Below, piece by piece: positions 12,916-24,957 of a stretch of DNA of 64,000 nucleotides. The translations under genes and the position numbers were made by a program. Under the pieces are notes generated by a model. It did no database searches. It was not told where the DNA came from and saw only the letters and a program-made list of their open reading frames with translations. Each line of letters begins with the position of its first letter. Position 1 is the first letter of the stretch. Source of the DNA: Malacoraja senta (Eukaryota). The stretch is from NCBI GenBank assembly GCA_038087875.1, contig CM075992.1:4218001-4282000 (forward strand), read 5' to 3'.

Positions 12916-13095
12916 GGGGTCAAGGAAAGAGCGTTCACGTCGCGGCCCTGTTTCCACCAATCTTTCCACCACCACGCACAAGAAGCGCAAGGAGCAACAA
13001 GACAGACACCATTGTATGCAGTTGCCGAGAATGTGTGTTCAGCTCTGGCTGGACAACTTCTAATCTTGTGTGTGGGACTCGATAAGAAGAAGACG
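12916..13095 (+). mobile_element. Short retroposon family B (HDV/CPEB3-like head, (AAG)n tail) inserted in a CR1 fragment
   Basis: Head GGGGUC AA GGAAAGA GCG UUCACGU CGC GGCCCU GU UUCCA CCAA UCUUUCC (12916-12967); TSD acc(g/a)ccct (12908-12915, 13096-13103). Confidence 0.82.
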
Positions 13096-13829
13096 ACCAC
13101 CCTCTGACGGAAGAAATCCCTCCTCATCTCCTTCCTAAAGATACCTCTCCCCATGGCCCCTGACACCCTCAATGCACCTGTGGACAGATCCCTTTACCTA
13201 CATTGATGCTGCTTGATCTGCTGAGTTCCTCCAGCAATTTTACTAATCTCCTTGCAGCTAATGCAAGATGCGACAACAAATCAGTTTTAGGTGAGTCCAT
13301 GGCACGTTGAAAATTACTCTTCCATGTCCGCAGTCTTCTACAATCATTGTTCATGCATTGTTTTATTGCATCCATTTTGCAAATGTATCTGTTAATCTTC
13401 TTTATGTGACTCAATGTATGTGACACTGTGCCAGCTGTCTGAGTGAACAATGGGCCCAGTGTATTTTGTCTTTTCACATCAATTTTCACACTTGAGGTGT
13501 GTCCACTTTGCAGGTGGGGTACAGCAAAATAGATTTATTGCAATGGGAAGACTTAGATACTAGATTAAAATGGTCGCAGGCAGAATGAGATGATACTTGT
13601 TACTGCTTGGATGCGTTTGGCCCAATAAAAATAAATGCTTTTAGTGACTCTATGGCCTGACAGCCTGCACAGATCTCAACAGAGTTATCAGAAGGAAAAT
13701 AATTAAGAGAGTATAGGCATGGTGGCGCAACGGTAGAGTTGCTGCCTTACAGTGCCAAGTTCGATCCCGACTACGAGTGCTGTCTTTACGGAGTTTGTAC
13801 GTTCGGCTTGGTATAAATGTAAATTGTTT

Positions 13830-13883
13830 TGTGTGCGTGTGTGCGTGTGTGCGTGTGTGTGCGTGTGTGTGTGTGTGTGTGTG
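13830..13883. repeat. (GT)n/(GC) compound microsatellite inside a SINE
   Basis: gtgtgcgtgtgtgcgt...gtgtgtg. Confidence 0.95.
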
Positions 13884-14102
13884 GGGATCGCTGGTCGGTG
13901 CGGACTCGGTGGGCCGAAGGGCCTGTTTCCGCGCTGTATCTCTGAAAGTAAAATTTTGCAGACTGAGGAATGAAAAGTCACCCAGAAAATCAACTTGCGT
14001 GTAATTCCTCCAATTCATGCTTCTTTCACAACTCAATTTACAACTCTCCCATGCTGACGGTTACGTACACAGAAAATCCCCACAAAGTGCTGGAATAATA
14101 AT

Positions 14103-14272
14103 GGGCCTGTCCCACTTAGGCGATTTTTTGACTGCCGCAAAATTTTCAACATGTTGAAAAGATTTTGGTGACAATTTTTGCTGTCGTAGATTGTCGCCAG
14201 GTGTCGCAGGTGAATTCCATTGAAACTAGTCCCTGGCAGTCGCCTAAAGAGTCGCCTAAGTGGGACAGGCCC
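14103..14272. mobile_element. CTGTCCCAC-terminus MITE (GGCGA subfamily)
   Basis: gggcctgtcccacttaggcga ... tcgcctaagtgggacaggccc; palindrome at 14143-14160. Confidence 0.85.
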
Positions 14273-14290
14273 CATAACCTACTGGGTTAC

Positions 14291-14712
14291 GGGCCTGTCC
14301 CACTTAGGAGACCTAAACAGCAACCTCTGGTGACCTTGCCCACCACCCAAGGTTTCCATGAGGTTACAGGAGGTTTTGGTCACTCTCCCTAATGGTCGAA
14401 AGTGGTTTCTGCGTGGTCGAGGCTTCATCTAGGTTGCTGCTATTTTTTCATCAGGATTAAAACCAGCCTTGACTAAAAATAGGTTGCCGTTTTAAAAATC
14501 GATCATTTTTTTGTCACAGGTCTAGTCGAAGCCGCTAGTCGAAGGTAGTTAAGGGAGGTCGAAGGAGGTTTTCTTCATAGTCGAGGAAGGTTTTCAACAT
14601 ATGCGTAGGAGGTGGTAGGAGGTTGCAGGTCACCTCGACCTTGATTCTTCTTTTGGGTGGCGGGCAAGGTCACCAGAGGTTGCTGTTTAGGTCTCCTAAG
14701 TGGGACAGGCCC
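14291..14712. mobile_element. CTGTCCCAC-terminus MITE with about 55 bp TIR
   Basis: gggcctgtcccacttaggagacctaaacagcaacctctggtgaccttgccc mirrored at 14655-14712. Confidence 0.88.
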
Positions 14713-16183
14713 TTCACAGACAGCATCTCTGGAGGACATCAGTATGATTCAATTATACAATAATTCAATATTGTTATATGTACCCATGCAAAATTCTCTG
14801 TCTTGCATACAATCTGGTAAAATCACTCTATATAGATAAGCATAATCACAGATAAAGTACAACAATTGTCGTGTAAGAATAGTAGACTTCACTGAGGCAG
14901 TAATCAAAGAGTCACCACCTTTCTGGCACCAATGTGTCCTTCAAGTTTCAAGGTTTTTCGAGAACCAGAGGACATAGGCTTAAGGTGAGGGGAGAAAGAT
15001 TCAATGGGATCCTGAGAGGTAACTATTTTACACAAAGGGCGGTGGCTGTATGGAACGGGCTGCTGGAGGAGGTAGTTGAGGCAGGTAGCATCCCAACGTT
15101 CGAGAGACATTTAGTCAGGTACATGGATTGGGTAGGTTTAGAGGGATATGGGTCTAAGGCAGGCAGTAGGGACTAGTGTCGGAGGGAACTCCAGATGCTG
15201 GTTTAAACCAAAGATAGACACAAAAAGCAGATGTAACTCAGCGGGACAGGCAGCATCTCTGGAGAAAAGGAATGGGTGACATTTTGGGTCGAGACCCTTC
15301 TTCAGACCCAGCTTTTTGTGTCTATCTTGGGACTAGTGTCGATGGGACATGTTGGTCACCATGGGCAAGGTGGACCAAAGAGCCAGTTTTCACGCTGTAT
15401 GACTCTCTGACTATGACTGCTCCCTAACCTCGACAGTTGCCTCTCTTAAAATTCCCCACCTCTCCTCATCCAAGTTCTTGTTAATGTTACTTCTTAACTG
15501 TTTGACCCCTTTCCTAAAACCTCGTTGTATAGCCTGATGTCTGAGCTTTGGTAAAGCTCCCACAGATGTTCAATATGCTCTATAAATCCAAGGTGTCTTT
15601 CGTACTGAGAAATCTATGCATTGGATGTTCGATTGGCACACCTTGCCCACAGTGACCAACATGTCCCATCTACACTAGTCCCAAGATAGACACAAAAAGC
15701 TGGGTCTGAAGAAGGATCTCAACCTGAAACATCACCCATTCCTTCTCTCCAGAAATGTTTCCTGTCCCGCTGAGTTACTCCAGCATTTATTGTCTCTGCA
15801 TTAGATGTGTTAGCTTCTGGAAAGAACTGGAGAACCAGCCACCAGCAGGAGGAGCTACATTGCCCCATCTATCGAACGGCTATTGTAAATCAGACCAATC
15901 CCCATGCACAGAAAAGATGTGATTTTATTCACTTCTGGGGAGTGAGCTTCAATATCACATGTTGCCGACCACTACCTGTCCTTAAGAAGGCGGTGGTGGG
16001 CTGTTTTTTTTAGCCATGCAGCAGTTATAGAAACATAGAAAATAGGTGCAGCAGTAGGCCATTCGTCCCCTTGAGCCAGCACCGTCATTCAATATGATCA
16101 TGGCTGATCAACCAAAATCAGAACCCCCTTCCTGCTTTCTCCCCATATCCCTTGATTCCGTTAGCCCTAAGAGCTATATCTAA

Positions 16184-16390
16184 CTTTTCTGTGGATTGTC
16201 ACCTTGTCGTGGTGGAGAGGCTTGTGTGCTCCTGAGATCCTGAGAGCGATGCGGTCTGGAGCTATGCTCCTGGTACGGCCACCCATGGCGGTAAGGTCGA
16301 GGGGGAGGCCTCTGAAAAAGAGCAATCCAACCAAGACCTCAACGGTGGAACAGGCAGAGGACGATGGCTGACCTTAGTGGAGCGTCACAA
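16184..16390 (+). mobile_element. RTE-clade (BovB/Expander-like) 5' UTR fragment
   Basis: GGATTGTCACCTTGTCGTGGTGGAGAGGCTTG...GGCCACCCATGGCGGTAAGGTC resembles RTE 5' UTRs; recognised from memory. Confidence 0.6.
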
Positions 16391-17113
16391 CCCCTTTTCA
16401 GACTCCTATCTGTCTTTTAAATATTACGTGTATCCACTTCTATAGGTTTCTTTAGCATGCCAATCCAGATATGGACTACCCTCTGAATGAAAGCGTTGTT
16501 CCTGAAGTCCGTCTTAATTCTCTCCCCGCTCACCTTAAGCCTATGCCCTCGAGTTTTAGAGTCCACAACTCCTCATCCATGCCTCTCATCACCTTGTGCA
16601 CCTCAAGAAGGTCACCTATGCTCCAAAGTAAAAGACTCCCAGCCCCTTTACATTAGTCTAGTTCAGAGATAGAGCACGGAAACAGCCCCATCGGCCTACC
16701 GAGTCCGCACCAACCAGCAATCCCCGCACATTATCACTATCCTACATGCACTAGGGACAATTTACATTTATACCGAGCTAATTAACCTACAAGTCTTTGG
16801 ACTGTGGAATGAAACCAATGATCTCTGAGAAGGTACAAACTCCACACAGGCAGCACCCATAGTTGGGATTGAACCCGGGTCTCTGGCGCTGTAAGACAGC
16901 AACTCTACCACTGCGCCACTAGAGTGATCTCAGAATGTGACATTGGAGCTCAAAAACAAAAATGCTGGATAGACTCAGCAGGTAAAGAACTAAAAAAAGA
17001 GAAGCAGAATCAAAGTTTAGGGTAGACAAAATTGCTGAAGAAACTCAGCGGGTGCGGCAGCATCTATGGAGCAAAGGAAATAGGCAACGTTTCAGGCCAA
17101 AACCCTTCTTCAG

Positions 17114-18768
17114 CAAAGGAACTGAGTGAAATCCAGGTTAGTCGGAAAGTGGTGTTGGGTAAATTGAATGGATTAAAGGCCGATAAATCACCAGGGCCAG
17201 ATAGGCTGCATCCCAGAGTACTTAAGGAAGTAGCTCCAGAAATAGTGGATGCATTAGTGATAATTTTTCAAAACTCTTTAGATTCTGGAGTAGTTCCTGA
17301 GGATTGGAGGGTAGCAAACGTAACCCCACTTTTTAAGAAGGGAGGGAGAGAGAAAACAGGGAATTACAGACCAGTTAGTCTAACATCGGTATTGGGGAAA
17401 CTGCTAGAGTCAGTTATTAAAGATGGGATAGCAGCACATTTGGAAAGTGGTGAAATCATTGGACAAAGTCAGCATGGATTTACGAAAGGTAAATCGTGTC
17501 TGACGAATCTTATAGAATTTTTCGAGGATGTAACTAGTAGAGTGGATAGGGGAGAACCAGTGGATGTGTTGTATCTGGACTTTCAGAAGGCTTTCGACAA
17601 GGTACCACATAAGAGATTAGGATACAAACTTAAATCACACGGTATTGGGGGTTCAGTATTGATGTGGATAGAGAACTGGCTGGCAAACAGGAAGCAAAGA
17701 GTAGGAGTAAACGGGTCCTTTTCACAATGGCAGGCAGTGACTAGTGGGATACCGCAAGGCTCAGTGCTGGGACCCCAGCTATTTACAATTTATATTAATG
17801 ATCTGGACGAGGGAATTGAAAGCAACATCTCCAAGTTTGCGGACGACACTAAACTGGGGGGCAGTGTTAGCTGTGAGGAGGATGCTAGGAGACTGCAAGG
17901 TGACTTGGATAGGCTGGGCGAGTGGGCAAATGTTTGGCAGATGCAGTATAATGTGGATAAATGTGAGGTTATCCACTTTGGTGGCAAAAACGGGAAGGCA
18001 GACTATTATCTAAATGGTGGCCGATTAGGAAATGGGGAGATGCAGCGAGACCTGGGTGTCATGGTACACCAGTCATTGAAAGTAGGCATGCAGGTGCAGC
18101 AGGCAGTGAAGAAAGCGAATTGTATGTTGGCCTTCATAGCAAGAGGATTTGAGTATAGGAGCAGGGAGGTTCTACTGCAGTTGTACAGGGTCTTGGTGAG
18201 ACCACACCTGGAGTATTGCGTACAGTTTTGGTCTCCAAATCTGAGGAAGGACATTATAGCCATAGAGGGAGTGCAGAGAAGGTTCACCAGACTGATTCCT
18301 GGGATGTCAGGACTTTCATATGAAGAAAGACTGGATAGACTTGGCTTATACTTGCTAGAATTTAGGAGATTGAGAGGGGATCTTATAGAAACATACAAAA
18401 TTCTTATGGGGTTGGACAGGCTAGATGCAGGAAGATTGTTCCCGATGTTGGGGAAGTCCAGGACAAGGGGTCACAGCTTAAGGATAAGGGGGAAATCCTT
18501 TAAGACCGAGATGAGGAAAAACTTTTTCACACAGAGAGTGGTGAATCTCTGGAACTCTCTGCCACAGAGGGTAGTTGAGGCCAGTTCATTGGCTATATTT
18601 AAGAGGGAGTTAGATGTGGCCCTTGTTGTTAACAGGATCAGGGGGTATGGAGAGAAGGCAGGTACGGGATACTGAGTTGGATGATCAGCCATGATCATAT
18701 TGAATGGCGGTGCAGGCTCGAATGGCCTACTCCTGCACCTATTTTCTATGTTTCTATGTTTCTATGTT
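17114..18768 (+). mobile_element. CR1-clade LINE, 5'-truncated, uninterrupted RT frame
   Basis: ORF 17032-18675 with KSPGPD, NYRPVSLTS, YLDFQKAFDKV, GIPQGSVLGP, KFADDTK, RPHLEYCVQFWSP; (TTTCTATG)n tail; no endonuclease; the first ~27 codons belong to the mini-PLE it inserted into. Confidence 0.95.
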
Positions 18769-19251
18769 TCAGACCGAACTTAGAGTTTAGGGTGGTGGCC
18801 TTTCATCACTTCTGAAAGGTCAAAGCTTAAAACGTAACTATTTTTGGTTCTCCACCGATGCTTCATGACATGTTGAGTAGTTCCAGTATATCCTGTTTTT
18901 ATTTTAGAATTTTAGTATCTGCATATTTTTCTGCTTGATTGATAGATTCATTCCATGCACATCATGGAAAATAGGTCCTTCAACCAACCTAGTGGGGGAA
19001 GGAACTGCAGATGCCGGTTTACTCCGAAGATAGACACAAAATGCTGGAGTGACTCAGCGAGTCAGGCAGCATCTCTGGAGAAAAGGAATGGGTGGCATTT
19101 CGGATCACAACCCTTCTTCAGAATAGTCCACACCGATCATCGATCACCAGTTCACACTAGTTCTATGTTATCCCACATTCACATACACTCCCTGCACACT
19201 AGAAGCAATTTACAGAGGCCAATTAACCTACAATCCCACATGCCTTTAGGG

Positions 19252-19398
19252 CAGTGGCTCTTAACCTGGGGGTGGTTTGGGGCTTTGCCGGGGGTCATGA
19301 AGGGGACACAAATAACATATCTATTTGTTGAGCCCATGTTTGGGAACCTAAGAAAGGTACATACAGTATTTTGTTCGCATATGCGTTAAGTACCGCTG
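19252..19398. mobile_element. hAT (Charlie-like) MITE nested in a SINE
   Basis: TIRs CAGTGGCTCTTAAC / GTTAAGTACCGCTG; perfect 8 bp TSD ctttaggg (19244-19251, 19399-19406). Confidence 0.85.
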
Positions 19399-19908
19399 CT
19401 TTAGGGTGTGGGAGGAAACCAGAGCACCCGGAGGAAACCCACGTGGTCAACGTGCAAACTCCACATGGAAGTCAGGATCGAAACCAGGACAGGATCAAAC
19501 CCAGGTATCTGACGCTGTGAGAGGCCTCTCTACCAGCTGCGCAACTGTGCCGCCAAAGTTAGCTATGCCAACAAAGCTACAGCATAGGAAGGAACTGCAT
19601 CTGCTGGGTTACACCAAAGATAGACACTAAATGCCGGAGTAACTCAGCAGCGCAGGCAGCATCTCTGTATAGAAGGAATTGGTGACATTTTGAGTCGAGA
19701 CCCTTCTTCAGACTTCATGTCTGAAGAAGGGTCTCAACCCGAAACATCACCCAAAAATCTATCTCTGCCTTAGAAATATTCATTGACCTGGTCTCCACAG
19801 CTTTCTGTGGCAAATAACTCTACAGATTCACCACCCTGACTAAAGAATAGTATAGGTGATAATTGACAAAAAAAAAAAAAATACATGGTATTGAATGCTG
19901 CTAAATGC

Positions 19909-19923
19909 TTTATTGATTTTATT
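19909..19923 (-). terminator. Tandem AATAAA polyadenylation signals of the keratin gene
   Basis: Minus strand AATAAAATCAATAAA about 260 nt after the stop, followed by a T-rich downstream run (19868-19881); another AATAAA at 20048-20053. Confidence 0.7.
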
Positions 19924-20181
19924 CCTCCGCCCAAATATCTCCATAGCGTGCAATTATCGATTACAATCCGAGTTAGACTTTAGACAGTCAACACAAGCAG
20001 TCAACAGAAGCCCCAGGGAAACCCCAGCCATTACATATCAGAGCAGGTTTATTCTGAGTACATGAGGTTTGGAGAAGTTACAGAAGAGGTCAACGTCACA
20101 ACCTTTTGTCCAAGTGGAAGCAGGGTGCATCACCAAGCTCGTACCAATGCCACGATATCAGTGTTTGAATGTTGTTAGGCT

Positions 20182-20204
20182 TTAACTTCTTATTATTTGT
20201 GTTT
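20182..20204 (-). CDS. Type I keratin, coding part of exon 8
   Basis: Pyrimidine tract ttttttatcttccag|AA ACA CAA ATA ATA AGA AGT TAA gives (E)TQIIRS*; spliced CDS totals 1278 nt (425 aa plus stop). Confidence 0.75.
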
Positions 20205-20652
20205 CTGGAAGATAAAAAATATATATTATTATCAATTGCAATCAGAAGCAAGATGTGAACATTCCATCCAACAATTATTAGTGCTGTACAAAGGTAGGTC
20301 AACTCTCATTAGGGAGACAAAGAACTACAGATGCTGGAAAACTCAGCAGGTCAAGCAGCATCTGTTGAGGGAAATGGACAATTGGAATTTCGGGTCGGGA
20401 CTCTTCTTCAGACTTGTTCCGATTAAAAAGAATGTGGCACGAAAAACGTATTTGAACGATAGAGGGAATTTCAAAAAACGCATGTTCGGGGATTTAAGGA
20501 AGTTAAGCAGTGGAACTTAAAAGTAGACAAAGAAGAAGGGTCTTGACTGAAAACGTCACCCATTACTTCTCTCCAGCGATGCTGCCTGTCCCACTGAGTT
20601 ACTCCAGCATTTTGTGTCTACCCAAGGAAGATTAAGGATCCGCTATACACTA

Positions 20653-20970
20653 ATGGCCGTCCCACGGTACGAGTTCATTCCAAGAGCTCTCCCGAGTTTA
20701 AAAAAAATCAAACTCATGGTAAGCACGGAGAATGAATGTGGCGGGTACGTCGGAGCTCGGGGGCGTCTCTTAGCGCTAACGGCAGGTACTCGGGAAGACT
20801 CACTAACGGCAGGTAAGCATGGGAAGAGCCGTGAAGATTTTTCAACATGATGAAAAATGTCCACGAGAGCCCCGAGTACCGACGAGTGGCCATTACCTTA
20901 AATCTCCGAGTTCGAACCAGGGCAAACTCAGGAGTACTCTTGGAATGAACTCGTACGGTGGGACAGGGGT
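20653..20970. mobile_element. CTGTCCCAC-terminus MITE in keratin intron 7
   Basis: TIR gtcccacggtacgagttcattccaagag; near-identical to 42204-42726. Confidence 0.85.
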
Positions 20971-21422
20971 TTAAACCCTCATTATAAACGGACCATGGGG
21001 GAAAGGGGGGGGGGGGGGTGTCAGTTATTGCTGATTGCCTGCTATAACCAAGCAAGGGATTATCATTGTATAAGCAGTAGAAACAAACTGCAGTTGGTGG
21101 TTAATAAGCAGAAGTGCAGCAGGCCAGGCAGCATCTCTAGAGAGCATGGATAGGTGTAGGAAGGAACTGCAGATGTTGCTTTAAACCGAAGATGGACACA
21201 AAAAGCTGCAGTAACTTAGCAGGTCAGGCAGAAAAAAGGAATTGGTGACATTTCGGGTCGAGATCCTTCTTCAGCCTGAGGGTCAGGGGAGGGGGAAATG
21301 GCACATATAGACGGTGATATAGAGAGAGATATAGAACATAATAATAATGAGAGATACCCAAGGCAGGATACAAGTATAAGCATACTATGTGGACCATGAT
21401 TTTGTTTTAATAAAATACTCAC

Positions 21423-21478
21423 CAGTTGTTTTGACTACAGTTACACTGCTGGTCTCCTGTCCGCTACTCGTCAATTGG
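21423..21478 (-). CDS. Type I keratin, exon 7 (tail)
   Basis: tcacag|C CAA TTG...ACT G|gtgagt; 56 nt; continues the frame as (S)QLTSSGQETSSVTVVKTT. Confidence 0.85.
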
Positions 21479-22351
21479 CTGTGATGGAACACCAAACAGA
21501 TTCATCGTGAAGCGGTCAACAGTATTACATAAACAAACACGTAAAATTGACTTTTAGAGTTACTAATTGCGGTGGGCAAGTTCCCTCCTACTGAAAGTAG
21601 TTGGTCGGAGCCCGGACACTACTCCCAATGCTTAAACAACCATCAGTTCCCCGAACGCTTGGCTCGAAAATTAACATCATTCTAAACTTGATTCAGCCAG
21701 TTCAAAGAGCAGCATGGTGGCGCAGCTGGTTAAGCTGCCGACTCATTGCACCAGGGACCCAGGTTCAATCCTGAACCCCCCCCCCAGTGCTGTCTGCGTG
21801 GAGTTTGCACGTTCTCCGTGTGTGACTGCGTGGGTTTCCTCCCACGTCCCAAAGTCGTGCTGGCATGTAAGCTAATTGGCTTTGTTTACATTCTCTAAAT
21901 GGTAATAGGGCCACAGAGCTGTACAGAACAGAAACAGGCCCTTTGGCCCATCATGTCAATGCTGACCCACTTGCCTTTCAGGACCAATCCCATTTTATAA
22001 GTTCATGGTGACAGGAGCAGAATTAGGCCATTCGGCCCATCAAGTCTACTCCGCCATTCAATCATGGCTGATCTATCCCTCTGTATCAACCCCATTCTCC
22101 TGCCTTCTCCCCATAACCCCGACACTTGTACGACTCAAGAATCTATCTATCTCTGCCTTCAAAATATCCATTGGATTTGGTGCATGTACCTCTAAGCCCT
22201 TCATATCCATGTATCTTTCCCAATGTCTTTTGAAAGTTAAAGTGTTTGAACTCACATTTATTGAATCATTAGTCTCTGTGTTGACACCCAATAATTTGCT
22301 GAATGTGCAACATGAACAGTTAATGATCTAACCTCGGAAGGGGTAACCAAC

Positions 22352-22572
22352 CTGATACCAGTCCCTTGAATGAGCTCTCTGTAGGTGGCAATTTCCTTCT
22401 CAAGTTGCATCTTTATGTTGAGGAGTTTAGAATATTCCTGAGTTTTCAGCAACACCTCATTCCTTAGATTGCCAAGCTCCATTTCGAGGCTGGAAATGGA
22501 CATCTTCATCCCGCTAAGTTGCCCGGCATAATTATCGTGAATGCCTTCAACAGTGGCTTCAAGAGAGAAGAC
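22352..22572 (-). CDS. Type I keratin, exon 6 (coil 2B and helix-termination motif)
   Basis: ggcag|GTC; encodes ...EYSKLLNIKMQLEKEIATYRELIQG; 221 nt; donor GTTGGT. Confidence 0.95.
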
Positions 22573-23868
22573 CTGCCAAATGGATAAAAAAGGGAGTTTT
22601 ATTCCACCGATCATTGTAAAGAGATTGGCCAGTATTATATTAATGTAGAACTGCTGTATCACGGCCCAGGTTCGATCCTGACCTTGGGTGCTGTCAGTGT
22701 GGAGTTTGCACATCCTCCTTGTGACAGCGTGGGTTTCCTCCGAGTGCTCCAGTTCCCTCCCACATCCCAAAGACGTATGGATTTGTTGTTTCATTGGCTG
22801 CTGTAAAATTGTCCTCGGTGTGTTGGGAGCGGATGAAAAAGTGGGAAAACAGAGCTAGGGGTGAAGGGGTGACCGATATGGACTTTGACACAAACCAACC
22901 TCCCTTCCATTGACACCTCATGCTGCTTCAACAAGGCATCCAGTCAAAGCAAAAACTATGCATGTTTACACTCACGCCATCCACAGTGTACAGATAAAGG
23001 ATAAAAGGAACAATATTTAGTCGAAGATAAAGCCTGATAAAGTCTGATTATTTATGGAATTCCCTGCCACAGAGGGCAGTGGAGGCCAAATCACTGGATG
23101 GATTTAAGAGAGAGTTAGATAGAGCTCTAGTGGCTGGGAATCAAGGGATATGGGGAGAAGGCATATTTGAAGGCACGGGTTATTGATTGGGGATGATCAG
23201 CCATGATCACATTGAATGGCAGCGCTGGCTCGAAGGGCCAAATGGCCTCCTCCTGCACCTATTTTCTATGTTTCTATATAAAATAGTACAAAGGTCTCCA
23301 GTGAGGTAGATGGGAGATCAGGACCGCACTCTAGCTGGTGAGAGGACGGTTCAGTTGCTTGATAACAACTAGGAAGAAACTGTCCCTGAATCTGGAGGTA
23401 TGCATTTTCTAACTTCTGTAGCTCTTGCCTGATGGGAGAGGGGAGAAGAGGGAGTGACGAGGTGAGAAGGGTCCTTGGTTATGCTGATGGCCTTGCCGAG
23501 GCAGCGTGAAGGGTAGACGGAGTCAATGGAAGGGAAGTTGGTTCGTGTGATGGTCTGGGCTGCCGACACAACTCTTTGCAAGCATGGGACACTGCTGTAT
23601 CTCACTTCCAGGCATGGAGTTTGAACTCTTAAATCGAAAACTAAACTACAATGCCGAGAACTATATTCTGCACTTTGTATCTTCCCCTTTATTGCACTCG
23701 AGTTCGACTTCATTGTATTTATGTATAGTATTATCTGATCTGATCGGATAGCATGCAAAAAAAAAGCACTGTACCTCGGTACATGTGACAATAATCAACC
23801 TAAACATCAAACTAAATCTTGAAGCAGATGAACGGTCATCTGTTTTAAGCTTCTCCAATTGAACTCAC

Positions 23869-23994
23869 AGCACTGCTGAGGGAATCAAACTCGGTCTGAA
23901 GAGCTTGGTGTTGCCGTTTTAATTCCGTGAGCTGCAGTTTTGCACCTTCAGCAGCCTCGTTGACTTGAACAGTCGCAATTACTTGTGTTTCGAC
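23869..23994 (-). CDS. Type I keratin, exon 5
   Basis: aag|GTC; encodes VETQVIATVQVNEAAEGAKLQLTELKRQHQALQTEFDSLSSA; 126 nt; donor GTGAGT. Confidence 0.92.
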
Positions 23995-24795
23995 CTTGGA
24001 TTAGAGGGAAAGTTGCACTAAAAATTACAAAGCATTCACAAATCCAGATCCCTGGACAAAAATATAGCAACAACATGCCGCATAATATGTTCTCGGAGAA
24101 GAATTAAGCCATTCGGCCCATCAACTCAATCCCTCTCAACCCCATTCTCCTGCCTTCTCCCCATAACTCCTGACACCCATACTAGTCAAGAATCTATCTG
24201 TCTCTGCCTTAAAAATACCCAATGACTTGGCCTTCACAGCCGTCTATGGCAATGAGTTCCAGTTTCACTGCCCTCTGACTAAAGAAATTCCTCCTCATCT
24301 CCTTTCTAATGGTACTTCCTATTATTCTGAGGCTACGGCCTCTGGTCCTAGACTCTCCCACTCGTGGAAACATCCTCTCCACATCCACTCTACCCAGGTC
24401 TTTCACTATCTGGTAAGTTTCAATGAGGACCCCCCGCATCCTTCTGAACTCCAGCGGATACTGGCCCAGTGCCGTCAATTCAAGTATTTCCCAAATCTCT
24501 TTCTATTGGGGACTTCTGTTTTTTTGTTAATTTGATTGAACATAGGATTAGCGATCACGATAGCTGTTAAACTGAGCAACGCAGACTTTAAAGAGATTTC
24601 TCTATTTTTTTTTTTTTTTTTAAATGAGTCATCATTTGGATTCAGTAAAGTCCAAATTTCATCCCTATTTTCTTAAGTTGCCCTGCAACATGCCAATAGC
24701 CAGGAGTCACTCATTCCAGCTGATAGATTTTGCTGGGCTATTTCATTCATCATTCAGTGCACTCGAAGGGTCATTGTCTGAAAGAGCAAACGCAC

Positions 24796-24957
24796 CTGAG
24801 ACTCATACCAGATTTTCATGGCATCTTGATTGGCCTTACACGAGGCTTCATGTTTTGCTCGCATATCGGCCAGAACTTTATTCAGGTCAGGTGCATCAGA
24901 ACTGCCCACTTGCACACTGACGGTCCCAGCAACTTGCTGCCTTAAGACAACCAGCTC
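24796..24957 (-). CDS. Type I keratin, exon 4
   Basis: cag|GAG; encodes ELVVLRQQVAGTVSVQVGSSDAPDLNKVLADMRAKHE...WYESQ; 162 nt; donor GTGCGT. Confidence 0.95.

Noticed and set aside
19868..19881. Poly(A) tail of a processed pseudogene
   Set aside because: No upstream + strand retrocopy or TSD; better explained as the T-rich element downstream of the keratin poly(A) signals
22258..22794. 178 aa ORF as a single-exon gene
   Set aside because: Only 22352-22572 is keratin exon 6; the rest is read-through into intron and SINE sequence
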